Positions 45,253-54,481 of a stretch of 64,000 nucleotides of DNA are shown in pieces. The DNA is taken from IMG/VR virus record IMGVR_UViG_3300021295_000003, positions 32,001 to 96,000 of that record, one strand, 5' to 3'. Origin of the DNA: a virus (taxonomy: Duplodnaviria; Caudoviricetes). Below the pieces are notes generated by a model that saw only the letters and a list, made by a program, of their open reading frames with translations, was not told the origin of the DNA and searched no databases. The position numbers and the translations under genes are program-made. Each line of letters begins with the position of its first letter. Position 1 is the stretch's first letter.

Positions 45253-46446
45253 ATGACTGCAATAGAAACATTTTGTACAGAAAAAAATCTGTCAAAAAGC
45301 ACCACTTCTCTCTATGAGTCTTGTGTTAAATCATACGAGGCAGTAAATCAGTTAAGTCTTGATGATTTACTCAAAGAAGCCGATAGAGAAGAAGAAGAAG
45401 CGATTAGATGGAAAAATCGTTCATTAAGGACAAGGTTAATTAATTTCCGTAAATGGTTATTTGACAACAAAAGTCAAGGAACAGCAAACAGATACTTGGG
45501 TTGCATTAAAACAATCTATCGCCACTTTGAGATTGAATTACAAGACCTTCCGTCTTTTAATTCAAAGCAAGTGGATAAAACTCACGAAAAAAGCTTTGAA
45601 GATATACCTACAAAGCAGGAATTAATCGACGCTTACTACGAAGCGAATAATGTATGTAAATGTATTATTTTATTTGCCAGTAGTAGTGGGATTTCCAAAG
45701 TGGACTTCTTAAACCTTTCTGTTGCAGATTTCATAAATGCTTGTTCTGATTTTGTTACAACTGATACTTTATTGGAGCAGTTGTATGAATTAAAGCAAGT
45801 AGACAATCTAATTCCTTGTTTTGAAGGGTGCAGACAGAAAACAGGTACAAGATACACTACATTCTGCTCCCCAGAGGCAGCAGAACATATCCTCCAATAC
45901 TTAATCGGACGTGACGCTGAAATCAAAGAAACCTTTGAAAAAGCAGATGATGAAGAACAGGAAGACCTTCCTGAATGTTTGTCAGAGTCTGATCCGTTGT
46001 TTGATATTTCAAGTAGTCACTTATGGTATGTGTTTAGACGTATTAATAATAAATTACAATTGGGCAAAGTTGGTAAGTTTACACGTTTCCGCTGCCATCA
46101 GTTACGTGCTTTTCAAGCTTCTACTTTGGTGAATTTGGAGGAAAATTCTTTCACTATTGATGAGGTGGACGCTTTACAAGGTAGGAAGAAAGATAAAACT
46201 CATAGAGCATATTTCACAGAGTCCAAGCAGAAACTCTTTAAGAAGTATTGTGAGAACGTGGACGCTTTACAGCTCTTCAAGACTACTCATAGTGTTACTA
46301 ATGAAGAGTATGCACGTATCAAAGAAGAAAACAGATTTTATAAGAACGAAGTTGTTAAAAATGAGAACAAATTGGAGGAGCAACAAAGGACTATTAATCA
46401 AATTCTTGCTAATCAGCGTGAGTTGGAAGCGTTATTAGGATTATAA
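45253..46446 (+). CDS. Tyrosine recombinase / integrase
   Basis: GGAGG RBS; RQKT, HQLR (HxxR), LQGR and AYF motifs; C-terminal coiled coil. Confidence 0.85.
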   Translation: MTAIETFCTEKNLSKSTTSLYESCVKSYEAVNQLSLDDLLKEADREEEEAIRWKNRSLRTRLINFRKWLFDNKSQGTANRYLGCIKTIYRHFEIELQDLPSFNSKQVDKTHEKSFEDIPTKQELIDAYYEANNVCKCIILFASSSGISKVDFLNLSVADFINACSDFVTTDTLLEQLYELKQVDNLIPCFEGCRQKTGTRYTTFCSPEAAEHILQYLIGRDAEIKETFEKADDEEQEDLPECLSESDPLFDISSSHLWYVFRRINNKLQLGKVGKFTRFRCHQLRAFQASTLVNLEENSFTIDEVDALQGRKKDKTHRAYFTESKQKLFKKYCENVDALQLFKTTHSVTNEEYARIKEENRFYKNEVVKNENKLEEQQRTINQILANQRELEALLGL

Positions 46447-46835
46447 ATTGTGGGGTTGTGAGTTAATCACCACAAAAACTCACCAAACCCTGCAATTAGT
46501 TTTTTTTCTTCCGAGAAGTTGAAAAAAATAACAATTCTTGTAAAAATAGTTAATTCTAATTGCATTTTCTATTTTTATTCATTGTTGTATTTAAGTGTAA
46601 AGTATTGATTTTTAGTAATTTTTCGTAGGTGCAAGGTAAAAAAAATCACCACATAAAATTTTACCTGTAACCTATTCTTCCGAGAAAAGAACTAACAGAG
46701 GTAAAAAAAAATGAAGAAAATAACATATCAAGGCGAAGACGGAGTCTTCTATTCACAAGAAGAGTTCCAGTCTTTACAATCAAAGATTTTGGAACAAAAT
46801 CAGCTCATTCAAGACCTCCTGAAAAAGGTGGTAGA

Positions 46836-47090
46836 ATGAACGAATTTAAGCAGCAGATAGTGAATGTTCAAGCTTCAACCGTATTGGTTAAATCAAGCAA
46901 AGGCACTATTTATCCTGTTGTGGTATCTGACAGAGTCAGATTAAGTGGTAAAACTATTAACAAGGGAGATACTGGTGTTATTCATCGTACTAATGGTAGG
47001 TATTACTTATATGATGTAATACCTAAACAAGATGAAACCGACAGTTATCTATCCGATGTACCGTTAGGAGATTTGGGCTATGACTACTAA
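46836..47090 (+). CDS. Hypothetical protein
   Basis: ATGA-coupled to a small ORF at 46711-46839. Confidence 0.55.
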   Translation: MNEFKQQIVNVQASTVLVKSSKGTIYPVVVSDRVRLSGKTINKGDTGVIHRTNGRYYLYDVIPKQDETDSYLSDVPLGDLGYDY

Positions 47091-47240
47091 AAAACCGAAA
47101 TCTTTGTATCCAGCAACCGAAACAGAGCAGATTAATGTAAACTTTGCGTTAATTGTTTTAATGAGCGTTTTATTTGGATTTGTATTAGCATTAATTGGGT
47201 TTGCAACTATGCACTACCCATCTATTCAGGGGGTGATTTA

Positions 47241-47999
47241 ATGAATTTAGTATACAGGAGAATAACCGAAGAAGTCTACGAAGACGAGAACCTTGTGGAA
47301 ATTAAATCTAACGATGACGAAATTAAAACTCTTCATCGTAGGATTGATTTATTACAAGCGGAAATTAATGAAATGAAATCTTTGTTAGTACAACCTGCAA
47401 AGACAACCGTTTCCACCGTTTCCACAACCCCAGTTAAAACAAGAACTGTTGCTGCTTGTAATCAGAAACCGTTTAAAAGGTTTGTTTACTCTAATTATGA
47501 GTTCCAATCAACCGCTCGATATTCAGGGAAAGTCTTATTTGATATTTCTGATGTTGTGAGATTATCTAAACTTATTGATAATGTAGAGAAGTTTCCGACA
47601 ATGAAATTGTTAAAGGAGAATGTTGCTCCATTTATGGGTAATAATACTTTTACTAAACTTGTTTATAATTATCAGGAAGGATTTTTCAAGGATTATCTTT
47701 CAGAATATTATAAGAATGTTAAATTCACTATCTGCAATAATCACATTTGTATTGATGGAATGGATACCAAATTGCGTCCTGATGAGGTTTGGTACATTGT
47801 TAATTTAGTGATTAATTCCAATAATCATTATGAATGTGTTGATAATCTTGTTAAACAGTATTCAAAGACTAAACCTTTGTTTATCAAGATTATAACTGAT
47901 TTTGCAAGTGATGGGAGATTGAGCAGACTGCTCCACCCTCCACTAAAACAGGTTAAAATTGAGAATAATCCTGAAAAAAGGAGAGAAATGGGCTTATGA
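47241..47999 (+). CDS. Hypothetical protein
   Basis: GGGGTGA RBS, 252 aa. Confidence 0.65.
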   Translation: MNLVYRRITEEVYEDENLVEIKSNDDEIKTLHRRIDLLQAEINEMKSLLVQPAKTTVSTVSTTPVKTRTVAACNQKPFKRFVYSNYEFQSTARYSGKVLFDISDVVRLSKLIDNVEKFPTMKLLKENVAPFMGNNTFTKLVYNYQEGFFKDYLSEYYKNVKFTICNNHICIDGMDTKLRPDEVWYIVNLVINSNNHYECVDNLVKQYSKTKPLFIKIITDFASDGRLSRLLHPPLKQVKIENNPEKRREMGL

Positions 48000-48123
48000 A
48001 TGATTTAGAAGCAAGAAAATTGGGTGCAATCTTGGAGGAGATTGCAACTCAATTAAAAATACAAAATGAGTTGTTAAGACAGATGAATGATAATTTAATT
48101 GATATTAAAGGAGGTATGCCTTA

Positions 48124-48387
48124 ATGGGTATAGAAGAAGCGTTATTAAACGAAATGAGAGCAGAAGCGAATAAAGTAATGATTGAACGTATCAAAGATGG
48201 TAGAATTACACTTGACAATGATGTTATTCCCCCGTTCCTATCAGCAAACTTGGTATCAAATCCTCAAATGATTGATATACTTGAAGCAATGGCTGATTTG
48301 ATTATGGAGGAAACAATGGAAAAAGAATACGTTGTCTTTTTCTTAAACAAAGTCAGAGAACTTGCAAACAAAGAAAGGAGTTTCTAA
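48124..48387 (+). CDS. Hypothetical protein
   Basis: GGAGGT RBS. Confidence 0.55.
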   Translation: MGIEEALLNEMRAEANKVMIERIKDGRITLDNDVIPPFLSANLVSNPQMIDILEAMADLIMEETMEKEYVVFFLNKVRELANKERSF

Positions 48388-48389
48388 AT

Positions 48390-49091
48390 ATGGCAAGAAG
48401 ACCTAAAAAAGAAGAAACTGCACCGATTGTCATTCACGATGAACAAGGGGGTATAATGGCTGAATATCCATCTGATTTGGTGGATACAATCAAAGCGACC
48501 GTAGCAAAAGGAGCTACCGATGAGGAACTTTATATGTTCCTCTCTATCGCTAATCAGTACGATTTAAACCCATTTATGAAGGAGATATGGTTCACAAAAA
48601 TGCAAGGAGAAGTCGCTATAATGACTTCCCGTGACGGTTATAAGAAATTAGCCGAAAAAGAACCGAATTTCCGTAAATGTCAATCAATGGCAGTTTATGA
48701 GAACGATGAGTTTGAAATGGAGTTAGTAATGGGTGAAGTGATGAATATTACTCACAAATTCAAGCAGAACGATAGAGGAAATATTATCGGTGCATATGCA
48801 GTCTTAAAGACCACAGACCACGATAATTATGTGTCCTACGTTGATTTCAAAGAATATGACAAAAGAAATAACATTTGGAAACGTTATCCGTCCGCAATGA
48901 TACGTAAAGTTGCAGAGAATGATGTTTACAAACGCTTTGCGAAAGTTAATGGGGTTTCAGATTTCGAGTCTATGCCTAACGGGTTCAGAAATGAACTTGC
49001 AGAGGAAGAGATGGATTTTAGTGAAGAATTTGAACCGATAGACATTCAACAAGTAATAGATGATACAATCGAAGAAAGTAAGGAGGAATAA
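48390..49091 (+). CDS. bet: Single-strand annealing recombinase (Bet/RecT family)
   Basis: ATDEELYMFL...YDLNPFMKEIWF...SRDGYKKLA...W...PSAMIRKVAE. Confidence 0.9.
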   Translation: MARRPKKEETAPIVIHDEQGGIMAEYPSDLVDTIKATVAKGATDEELYMFLSIANQYDLNPFMKEIWFTKMQGEVAIMTSRDGYKKLAEKEPNFRKCQSMAVYENDEFEMELVMGEVMNITHKFKQNDRGNIIGAYAVLKTTDHDNYVSYVDFKEYDKRNNIWKRYPSAMIRKVAENDVYKRFAKVNGVSDFESMPNGFRNELAEEEMDFSEEFEPIDIQQVIDDTIEESKEE

Positions 49092-49093
49092 TT

Positions 49094-49681
49094 ATGGCAG
49101 TAGACCCAAAATATGTAGAAGAAGTTAAAAACGAAGAAGAAAAAACCGATTTCACTTCCACTTTGGAAATGTTTGGAATTGAAGCGTCCAACGAGTCCGT
49201 CGGCAACGGAATAGACATTACTGGTTATATGGAAACCAAACTCCGTGATATGTATGATGGTGACGAATGTACTGGAAAACCCGTCTTATCTGACATTTAT
49301 ACTGTTGAGTTTAAGGACAAAAATACTGGGGAAACCATTGTAAACAATAAATTAGATTTATTACTCTTTGATGACAGTTATGAGGACGAAAAAGAAGTTT
49401 ACACTTTCCCAATCAACTTAAACAGCGACAACATTGACTTTGAAAAACACATTGTCAAAAATGTAAACTCTGCAAGTGGATTGTATGCTCTCGCAATGGG
49501 ATTTATGGACTTGGAAACTCCGGGTATCAGTAAAGCGTTCAATAAACTTGATGTTGTACCATATGTACAGTTAAAAAAGATTATTGAAAGTTATAAAACC
49601 GTGATGGTACAAGTTGTTGAAAAACAATTCAACAATAATTATTACAATAGTTTTAGAGTTGTAGAAGGTAAAAAAGAGTAG
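49094..49681 (+). CDS. Acidic protein between Bet and helicase (possible SSB)
   Basis: GGAGG RBS; function inferred from position only. Confidence 0.45.
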   Translation: MAVDPKYVEEVKNEEEKTDFTSTLEMFGIEASNESVGNGIDITGYMETKLRDMYDGDECTGKPVLSDIYTVEFKDKNTGETIVNNKLDLLLFDDSYEDEKEVYTFPINLNSDNIDFEKHIVKNVNSASGLYALAMGFMDLETPGISKAFNKLDVVPYVQLKKIIESYKTVMVQVVEKQFNNNYYNSFRVVEGKKE

Positions 49682-49690
49682 GAATGAGAA

Positions 49691-51694
49691 ATGAACTGGG
49701 AAGAGCAAGGTAAAAAACTGGTGGACGTTTTAACACCGGTTTATAAACCGCAGAGCGAAAGAAAACTCTTTAAAAGTATCATAAGTGCTTTATATCATAA
49801 TACTTTTGAGATTGATGACGCTGAAAAGATGATAATGAGCATTTATGATAATCTTCCCGACCATCGATTTGAACGTTCTGAAATCTTCAAACTATTAGAT
49901 GATGTATTTATGGGAGAAGAAACTTCAAATGGAGGAATATCCTCCCTTGAAGACATCTTAACCATTGACTATGGTAATAAATCTGCACGTAAAGCTGTAA
50001 AAAAAATCAAAAAAATCATAAGTCCTGCCGAGTCTATGGGAAACTTTGAAATCACCGATAATTCTTGGATCAGGATTGATTTTGTTAATAATGAAGTGGA
50101 TTATGAGTCTGTGTCTTTGGTTAAGAATGAGCGTGTTGTTTCTTCTTCAAAGATTTTGTTATGTAGACCGTATAAGGTTGTAGTTCACGAAGACCCTTTG
50201 TATGATGGGCAACGTGAGTTTACGATTACTTGGGTTACTACAAACAATACATATTTCACTACACGTAAAACTACTATCTCTGCGATGGAGTCCCAGTTAT
50301 ATGATAGTGGATATGTAGTTAATCAGAAACATTTGAAGACTGCTATGGCAAGTGTTATTCAATTGTTTGTAGCGAATGGTGTAGCAGAAATCCAAAATGA
50401 AATACAAGCAAAAGGTTTCTATGTGAGTAAATCTAATCAGTTGGTTATGGTTGATTATGAGTTGAAACCAGTTGTTAAATCAGAAGTTGAGTCTGCTTTG
50501 GATTTGATTGAGGATTTGAGGCATTTTTTTATAGGTCACGAACCGAAACTTGCTACTACATTGAAGCACGGAATGATAGCTCCATTTGGTTTCGCAAAGA
50601 AACAGTTAGGTTTGCCATTGGAGTTGTTAATTCCTTATTTGTATCATTATGGGAAAGCAGGGTCAGGTAAGACTACTATTGCCCGTATTGGTTTATGGTT
50701 TTACGATAAACCTCAAATGGACTTTAATGACATTGGAGGAACTGAATTTGATACCGTTCCAAGAATTGGAGAACAGTTGCGTAAATCAACATTTGGTTTG
50801 TTGGTAAATGAACCTGAAACAAGTTTGTCAAAGAAATCCTGTGCAGCAACATTAAAAACATCAGTTGAAAGGACAAACGCAAGACAGCGTATAAGTGGAA
50901 ATCGTATGGAGCATATCCTTGCTTTATCTACTGTTAGTTTCGCTTCAAATATTCCTTTACCAAATATTGAGGGTTTACCACGTCGGTTTGTTCAAATATT
51001 GTATAGTTACAATGAGAAGAAATCCGATGAGGAAAAGGAAGCGTTTATGAAACATTTTAAATTAAACTCTCCTGACGAATGTGAGTTCAACAAACTTCAA
51101 TTCTTGGCGAATTTTGTTGTCAAACAGATAGATAATGAGATTGATTTGTTAAAACTTTCTTGGAAAGAGTTAGGAAATGAATTAATCAATCGAGCATATG
51201 ACTATGTTGGGCGTGAAGTACCTATTTGGTTGCTCCAATATGTTGAGTCCGTGACAGAGGAAGACCTTGATGATGAGGAAATTGAGGACATCAGAATATT
51301 TTTCTTAAATGAAATCAATAAACAATCTTCTCAAATCAAATTATACTCATCAGAGGACGGACGTAGTTTAAATCAAGATGTATTTTATACAGAAGAGGTT
51401 AAAACAAGTGAGGACTTTGAAGAGAGAGTTTGGAACGTTTTAAATGAGGGATTAATCCCATTTATGGTTACTCACGAAAATCGTGAGGGAATACGTGAAG
51501 TCTGTTTCCTAAATGGTTTGAAAAAAGCATTGAACGAAGCGAATATTGCGTGTTACTCTATCCCTTCTACTGCGGAACTGCTTGGTTGGGATACAGGATA
51601 TACTAAAATCAATGGGAAGTCCAGTCGATGTATGAAAATTAATTTCAGACGATTTGTAAGGTTCTTGTATCCTTCTTTGGAGGGTCTTGAATGA
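49691..51694 (+). CDS. P-loop NTPase, putative replicative helicase
   Basis: Walker A YGKAGSGKTT, LLVNEP Walker B-like, SFASN, RRF; helical N-terminus reminiscent of primase C-terminal domains. Confidence 0.75.
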   Translation: MNWEEQGKKLVDVLTPVYKPQSERKLFKSIISALYHNTFEIDDAEKMIMSIYDNLPDHRFERSEIFKLLDDVFMGEETSNGGISSLEDILTIDYGNKSARKAVKKIKKIISPAESMGNFEITDNSWIRIDFVNNEVDYESVSLVKNERVVSSSKILLCRPYKVVVHEDPLYDGQREFTITWVTTNNTYFTTRKTTISAMESQLYDSGYVVNQKHLKTAMASVIQLFVANGVAEIQNEIQAKGFYVSKSNQLVMVDYELKPVVKSEVESALDLIEDLRHFFIGHEPKLATTLKHGMIAPFGFAKKQLGLPLELLIPYLYHYGKAGSGKTTIARIGLWFYDKPQMDFNDIGGTEFDTVPRIGEQLRKSTFGLLVNEPETSLSKKSCAATLKTSVERTNARQRISGNRMEHILALSTVSFASNIPLPNIEGLPRRFVQILYSYNEKKSDEEKEAFMKHFKLNSPDECEFNKLQFLANFVVKQIDNEIDLLKLSWKELGNELINRAYDYVGREVPIWLLQYVESVTEEDLDDEEIEDIRIFFLNEINKQSSQIKLYSSEDGRSLNQDVFYTEEVKTSEDFEERVWNVLNEGLIPFMVTHENREGIREVCFLNGLKKALNEANIACYSIPSTAELLGWDTGYTKINGKSSRCMKINFRRFVRFLYPSLEGLE

Positions 51695-52035
51695 TTAATT
51701 GTGATTTTGAGCGATGTACTGACAAGTGTACTTATTATGAGTCTTGTATACTACATCACCCATCACATTTTAATCAACTTCAAGTCGAAGAGGAATTAAA
51801 ATGGAATGTCAATCGATTAAATGAATTGACAAGAGGGATTAATCAATATAAACAATCGCTCTATGAATATGATAGGTTGCCTGATGAGGTGCAGAAATAC
51901 TTGTCACGTGAAAAACTACAAGACCTGATCCGTAAGAGTGAGCTTGAAAAACAGGAAGTTCAATCAACAATCAGGGAATTGCAAATTAAAGAGTTAAACA
52001 TTAGAAAAATTTTACAGAGAAGAAAGGGGAATTAG
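51691..52035 (+). CDS. Cys-rich N-terminus plus coiled coil
   Basis: ATGA-coupled. Confidence 0.55.
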   Translation: MINCDFERCTDKCTYYESCILHHPSHFNQLQVEEELKWNVNRLNELTRGINQYKQSLYEYDRLPDEVQKYLSREKLQDLIRKSELEKQEVQSTIRELQIKELNIRKILQRRKGN

Positions 52036-52037
52036 TT

Positions 52038-52421
52038 ATGAATTTTGTTGTAATAGAGAATAAGGAGTCTAATGTGGATATGGGGTCTTTTGAGGACGAG
52101 TATTTACATTCTACTATTATGAATGAGGAATTAAGGGTTAAGTATGGTTTATCTAAATTAGAGTTTCGTAATTTGACTCAAAAGATTAAAGAGCGTCTTG
52201 GTGTGAGTCGCAGACCGAATGTGGCTGCCAAGTATTATTATGTGCATTGTAATGCGTGGGTTATTCATAGGAAAATTAATGGGGAATTAGTTTACTATGG
52301 GCGTATTCCGTTTAGTATGGGGGAGGAAACTTTAAATCAGGCATTACAGATTTGTGAAGCGAATAACTGGGAATGTGAAAAATGTAAGAAATTGATTAGG
52401 GAGTTGAAACAATGCAATTAG
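52038..52421 (+). CDS. AP2-like DNA-binding domain protein
   Basis: WVIHRKINGELVYYG...NNW. Confidence 0.55.
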   Translation: MNFVVIENKESNVDMGSFEDEYLHSTIMNEELRVKYGLSKLEFRNLTQKIKERLGVSRRPNVAAKYYYVHCNAWVIHRKINGELVYYGRIPFSMGEETLNQALQICEANNWECEKCKKLIRELKQCN

Positions 52422-52521
52422 AACCTACTCTTGAAAAAGGTTACATTATTGATTGTGATTATTTGATACGTGTGAGGGATTATCATCGTTTAACTCCGTT
52501 GATTATTGTTGAGGTGGATTT

Positions 52522-52902
52522 GTGGGACGAGTTATAGATGTTGAAGAGTTTCGTAAGGATTTAAGGACTATGTCGCTTGAAGATACTCTTATCAAGCATA
52601 ATGTGTCTTTGGAGGAAGCAATGGACTGTATGCCGAAGACGTATACAAAACCTAAACCTAAAAAGAAACGTTTAAAGAATGTGGATAGGTATATTCAAGA
52701 GCGTGATGGTCGCTTTTATCTTCGGAAATGGATTAATGGTAAAACATTAATGTTCGGGACTTATAATAGTCTGAATGACGCTAAAAAAGTCAGGGAACAT
52801 TGTGAAAAACACGGGTGGAAACAAAATTGTATTAAACAGTATTGTGAAGAGCTTGGGATTGAACTGATTTCAGTTCATAAAACAAAGGAGAGATACGAAT
52901 GA
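52522..52902 (+). CDS. AP2-like DNA-binding domain protein
   Basis: FYLRKWINGKTLMFGTYNSLNDAKKVR...HGW. Confidence 0.6.
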   Translation: MGRVIDVEEFRKDLRTMSLEDTLIKHNVSLEEAMDCMPKTYTKPKPKKKRLKNVDRYIQERDGRFYLRKWINGKTLMFGTYNSLNDAKKVREHCEKHGWKQNCIKQYCEELGIELISVHKTKERYE

Positions 52903-53234
52903 ACATTGTAGTTAATGGAGATGTGGTTATTTATGAAAACACTTCTTCTAAAAAGTCTGTTAAGGATATACGTGTTTCTTCTCAATTAAGTAAAGTTAAG
53001 CAGAAAGTAAAAAGCAGAGATGGTCTTTGTCAATGTTGCGGAGAGGACGCTAATGGGCATTTAGAAGTCCATCATATCCTCCCCGTTGCAAAATACAAAG
53101 ATTTGGCTTGTGATATGAATAATATGATTAGTTTGTGTCAGAAATGCCACGCAAAGTATCACGATTTGTATCCGCAGGTGAATGCTGTTACTTTTAGCGA
53201 TTATATGAAAAGATATGCGAATAGGAGGGGTTAA
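52899..53234 (+). CDS. HNH endonuclease
   Basis: RDGLCQCCG...LEVHHILP...NMISLCQKCH. Confidence 0.9.
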   Translation: MNIVVNGDVVIYENTSSKKSVKDIRVSSQLSKVKQKVKSRDGLCQCCGEDANGHLEVHHILPVAKYKDLACDMNNMISLCQKCHAKYHDLYPQVNAVTFSDYMKRYANRRG

Positions 53235-53407
53235 ATTATGCCAAATAGTGCAGAAATGGAATTAAGAGCATTACATAACACAATAGCTGAAATTAAAAGA
53301 CAAATGCAAGACTGTGTGAATGTAAAACACTATGAAGAGTTACAAAAACAATTAAACGAATTTGAACAGATGAGAATTGACTTATTAAAAAAAATGGAAG
53401 TGGAATT

Positions 53408-53866
53408 ATGAGTTTTATTATTGATAAAATTGATTTAGATAATAGATTAGTTGTTAGGGAGAAATCTACTGGTTGGTTTTTCCCTGTTGAGTCTAAAATC
53501 CAAGCAGAAGTCTTATGTGATAAATTTAACGAAATTGAAAACAAACCATTGGATTTACATAAAAATTTTGAGGAATGGGACAAATACATTGACAATGTTA
53601 TTATCGGTGAAAAAAACTTAATCAATCTCAAACAAGAATTTGAAGAACAATCACAAGAAATAATCGCAAATACTGACTTCAAAGAACTTTACGGAGCAAA
53701 CAATCAGAAAGTAAGAGATAATCATATTAAAAAAGAATTATCCGAACTTACTGAAACAATCAATGATACCAAACTCAAAGTAGAGTATGCAAAAATGAGA
53801 ATAAGTTTCCTGAAACGCTTAATCGATATGAAAACAGAACTCATCAAATACGGAGAAGACAAATGA
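53408..53866 (+). CDS. Coiled-coil hypothetical protein
   Basis: TDFKELYGANNQKVRD, 152 aa. Confidence 0.65.
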   Translation: MSFIIDKIDLDNRLVVREKSTGWFFPVESKIQAEVLCDKFNEIENKPLDLHKNFEEWDKYIDNVIIGEKNLINLKQEFEEQSQEIIANTDFKELYGANNQKVRDNHIKKELSELTETINDTKLKVEYAKMRISFLKRLIDMKTELIKYGEDK

Positions 53867-54014
53867 GTAGATACAATGTTAAAAAAATCTTGAAAAAAAT
53901 CCGCTATGGGGTCGGTGATTTCAAATATCAAATTGTCACTTCGGATCAGGTTGTCTGTGATGACATCAGCAATGAGGAGTTGGCAATTGAATTATGTAGG
54001 GAGATGAACCGTGT

Positions 54015-54281
54015 ATGTCAGACAAGATAAAAGTAGTGTGTCAATCTACTGCTGAACGTGAACAGGAAACACGTGAGTTGTTTGAAGCTTGTGTTCCTTA
54101 TCTTGATAAGGGTATTGGTTTGGTTAATGCGATTATGATTGTTAAGGATATTCCTTATAGGCATTTTTATAATATGGCGTGGTATAAGGAGGTTAAAGCG
54201 TATGCGGAGAGTCAGGGGTATGAAACTCGTAAGATTGGGGGTCAGGGTGGTTTGAAGCCTTATGCGAGGGTTCATAAATGA
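54015..54281 (+). CDS. Hypothetical protein
   Basis: Packed operon ORF. Confidence 0.55.
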   Translation: MSDKIKVVCQSTAEREQETRELFEACVPYLDKGIGLVNAIMIVKDIPYRHFYNMAWYKEVKAYAESQGYETRKIGGQGGLKPYARVHK

Positions 54282-54481
54282 AGCGTGACCGTGAGTATTG
54301 TAGTTGTGGGTATTCATTTATCCCTTCTACATTTCAGCGTATCAGAATGTTATTGAATGATAATGAATTAACTGTTAGATGTCCGAGGTGTCAGGCAGAA
54401 ATGACATTACAGTTATCAAACTTTGTTTATGTGAAAAAAAGGAAACAGACAAGGGATATGAGTATTTGGAGGAAAGGATAA
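54278..54481 (+). CDS. Zn-ribbon protein
   Basis: CSCG...CPRC. Confidence 0.6.
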   Translation: MKRDREYCSCGYSFIPSTFQRIRMLLNDNELTVRCPRCQAEMTLQLSNFVYVKKRKQTRDMSIWRKG

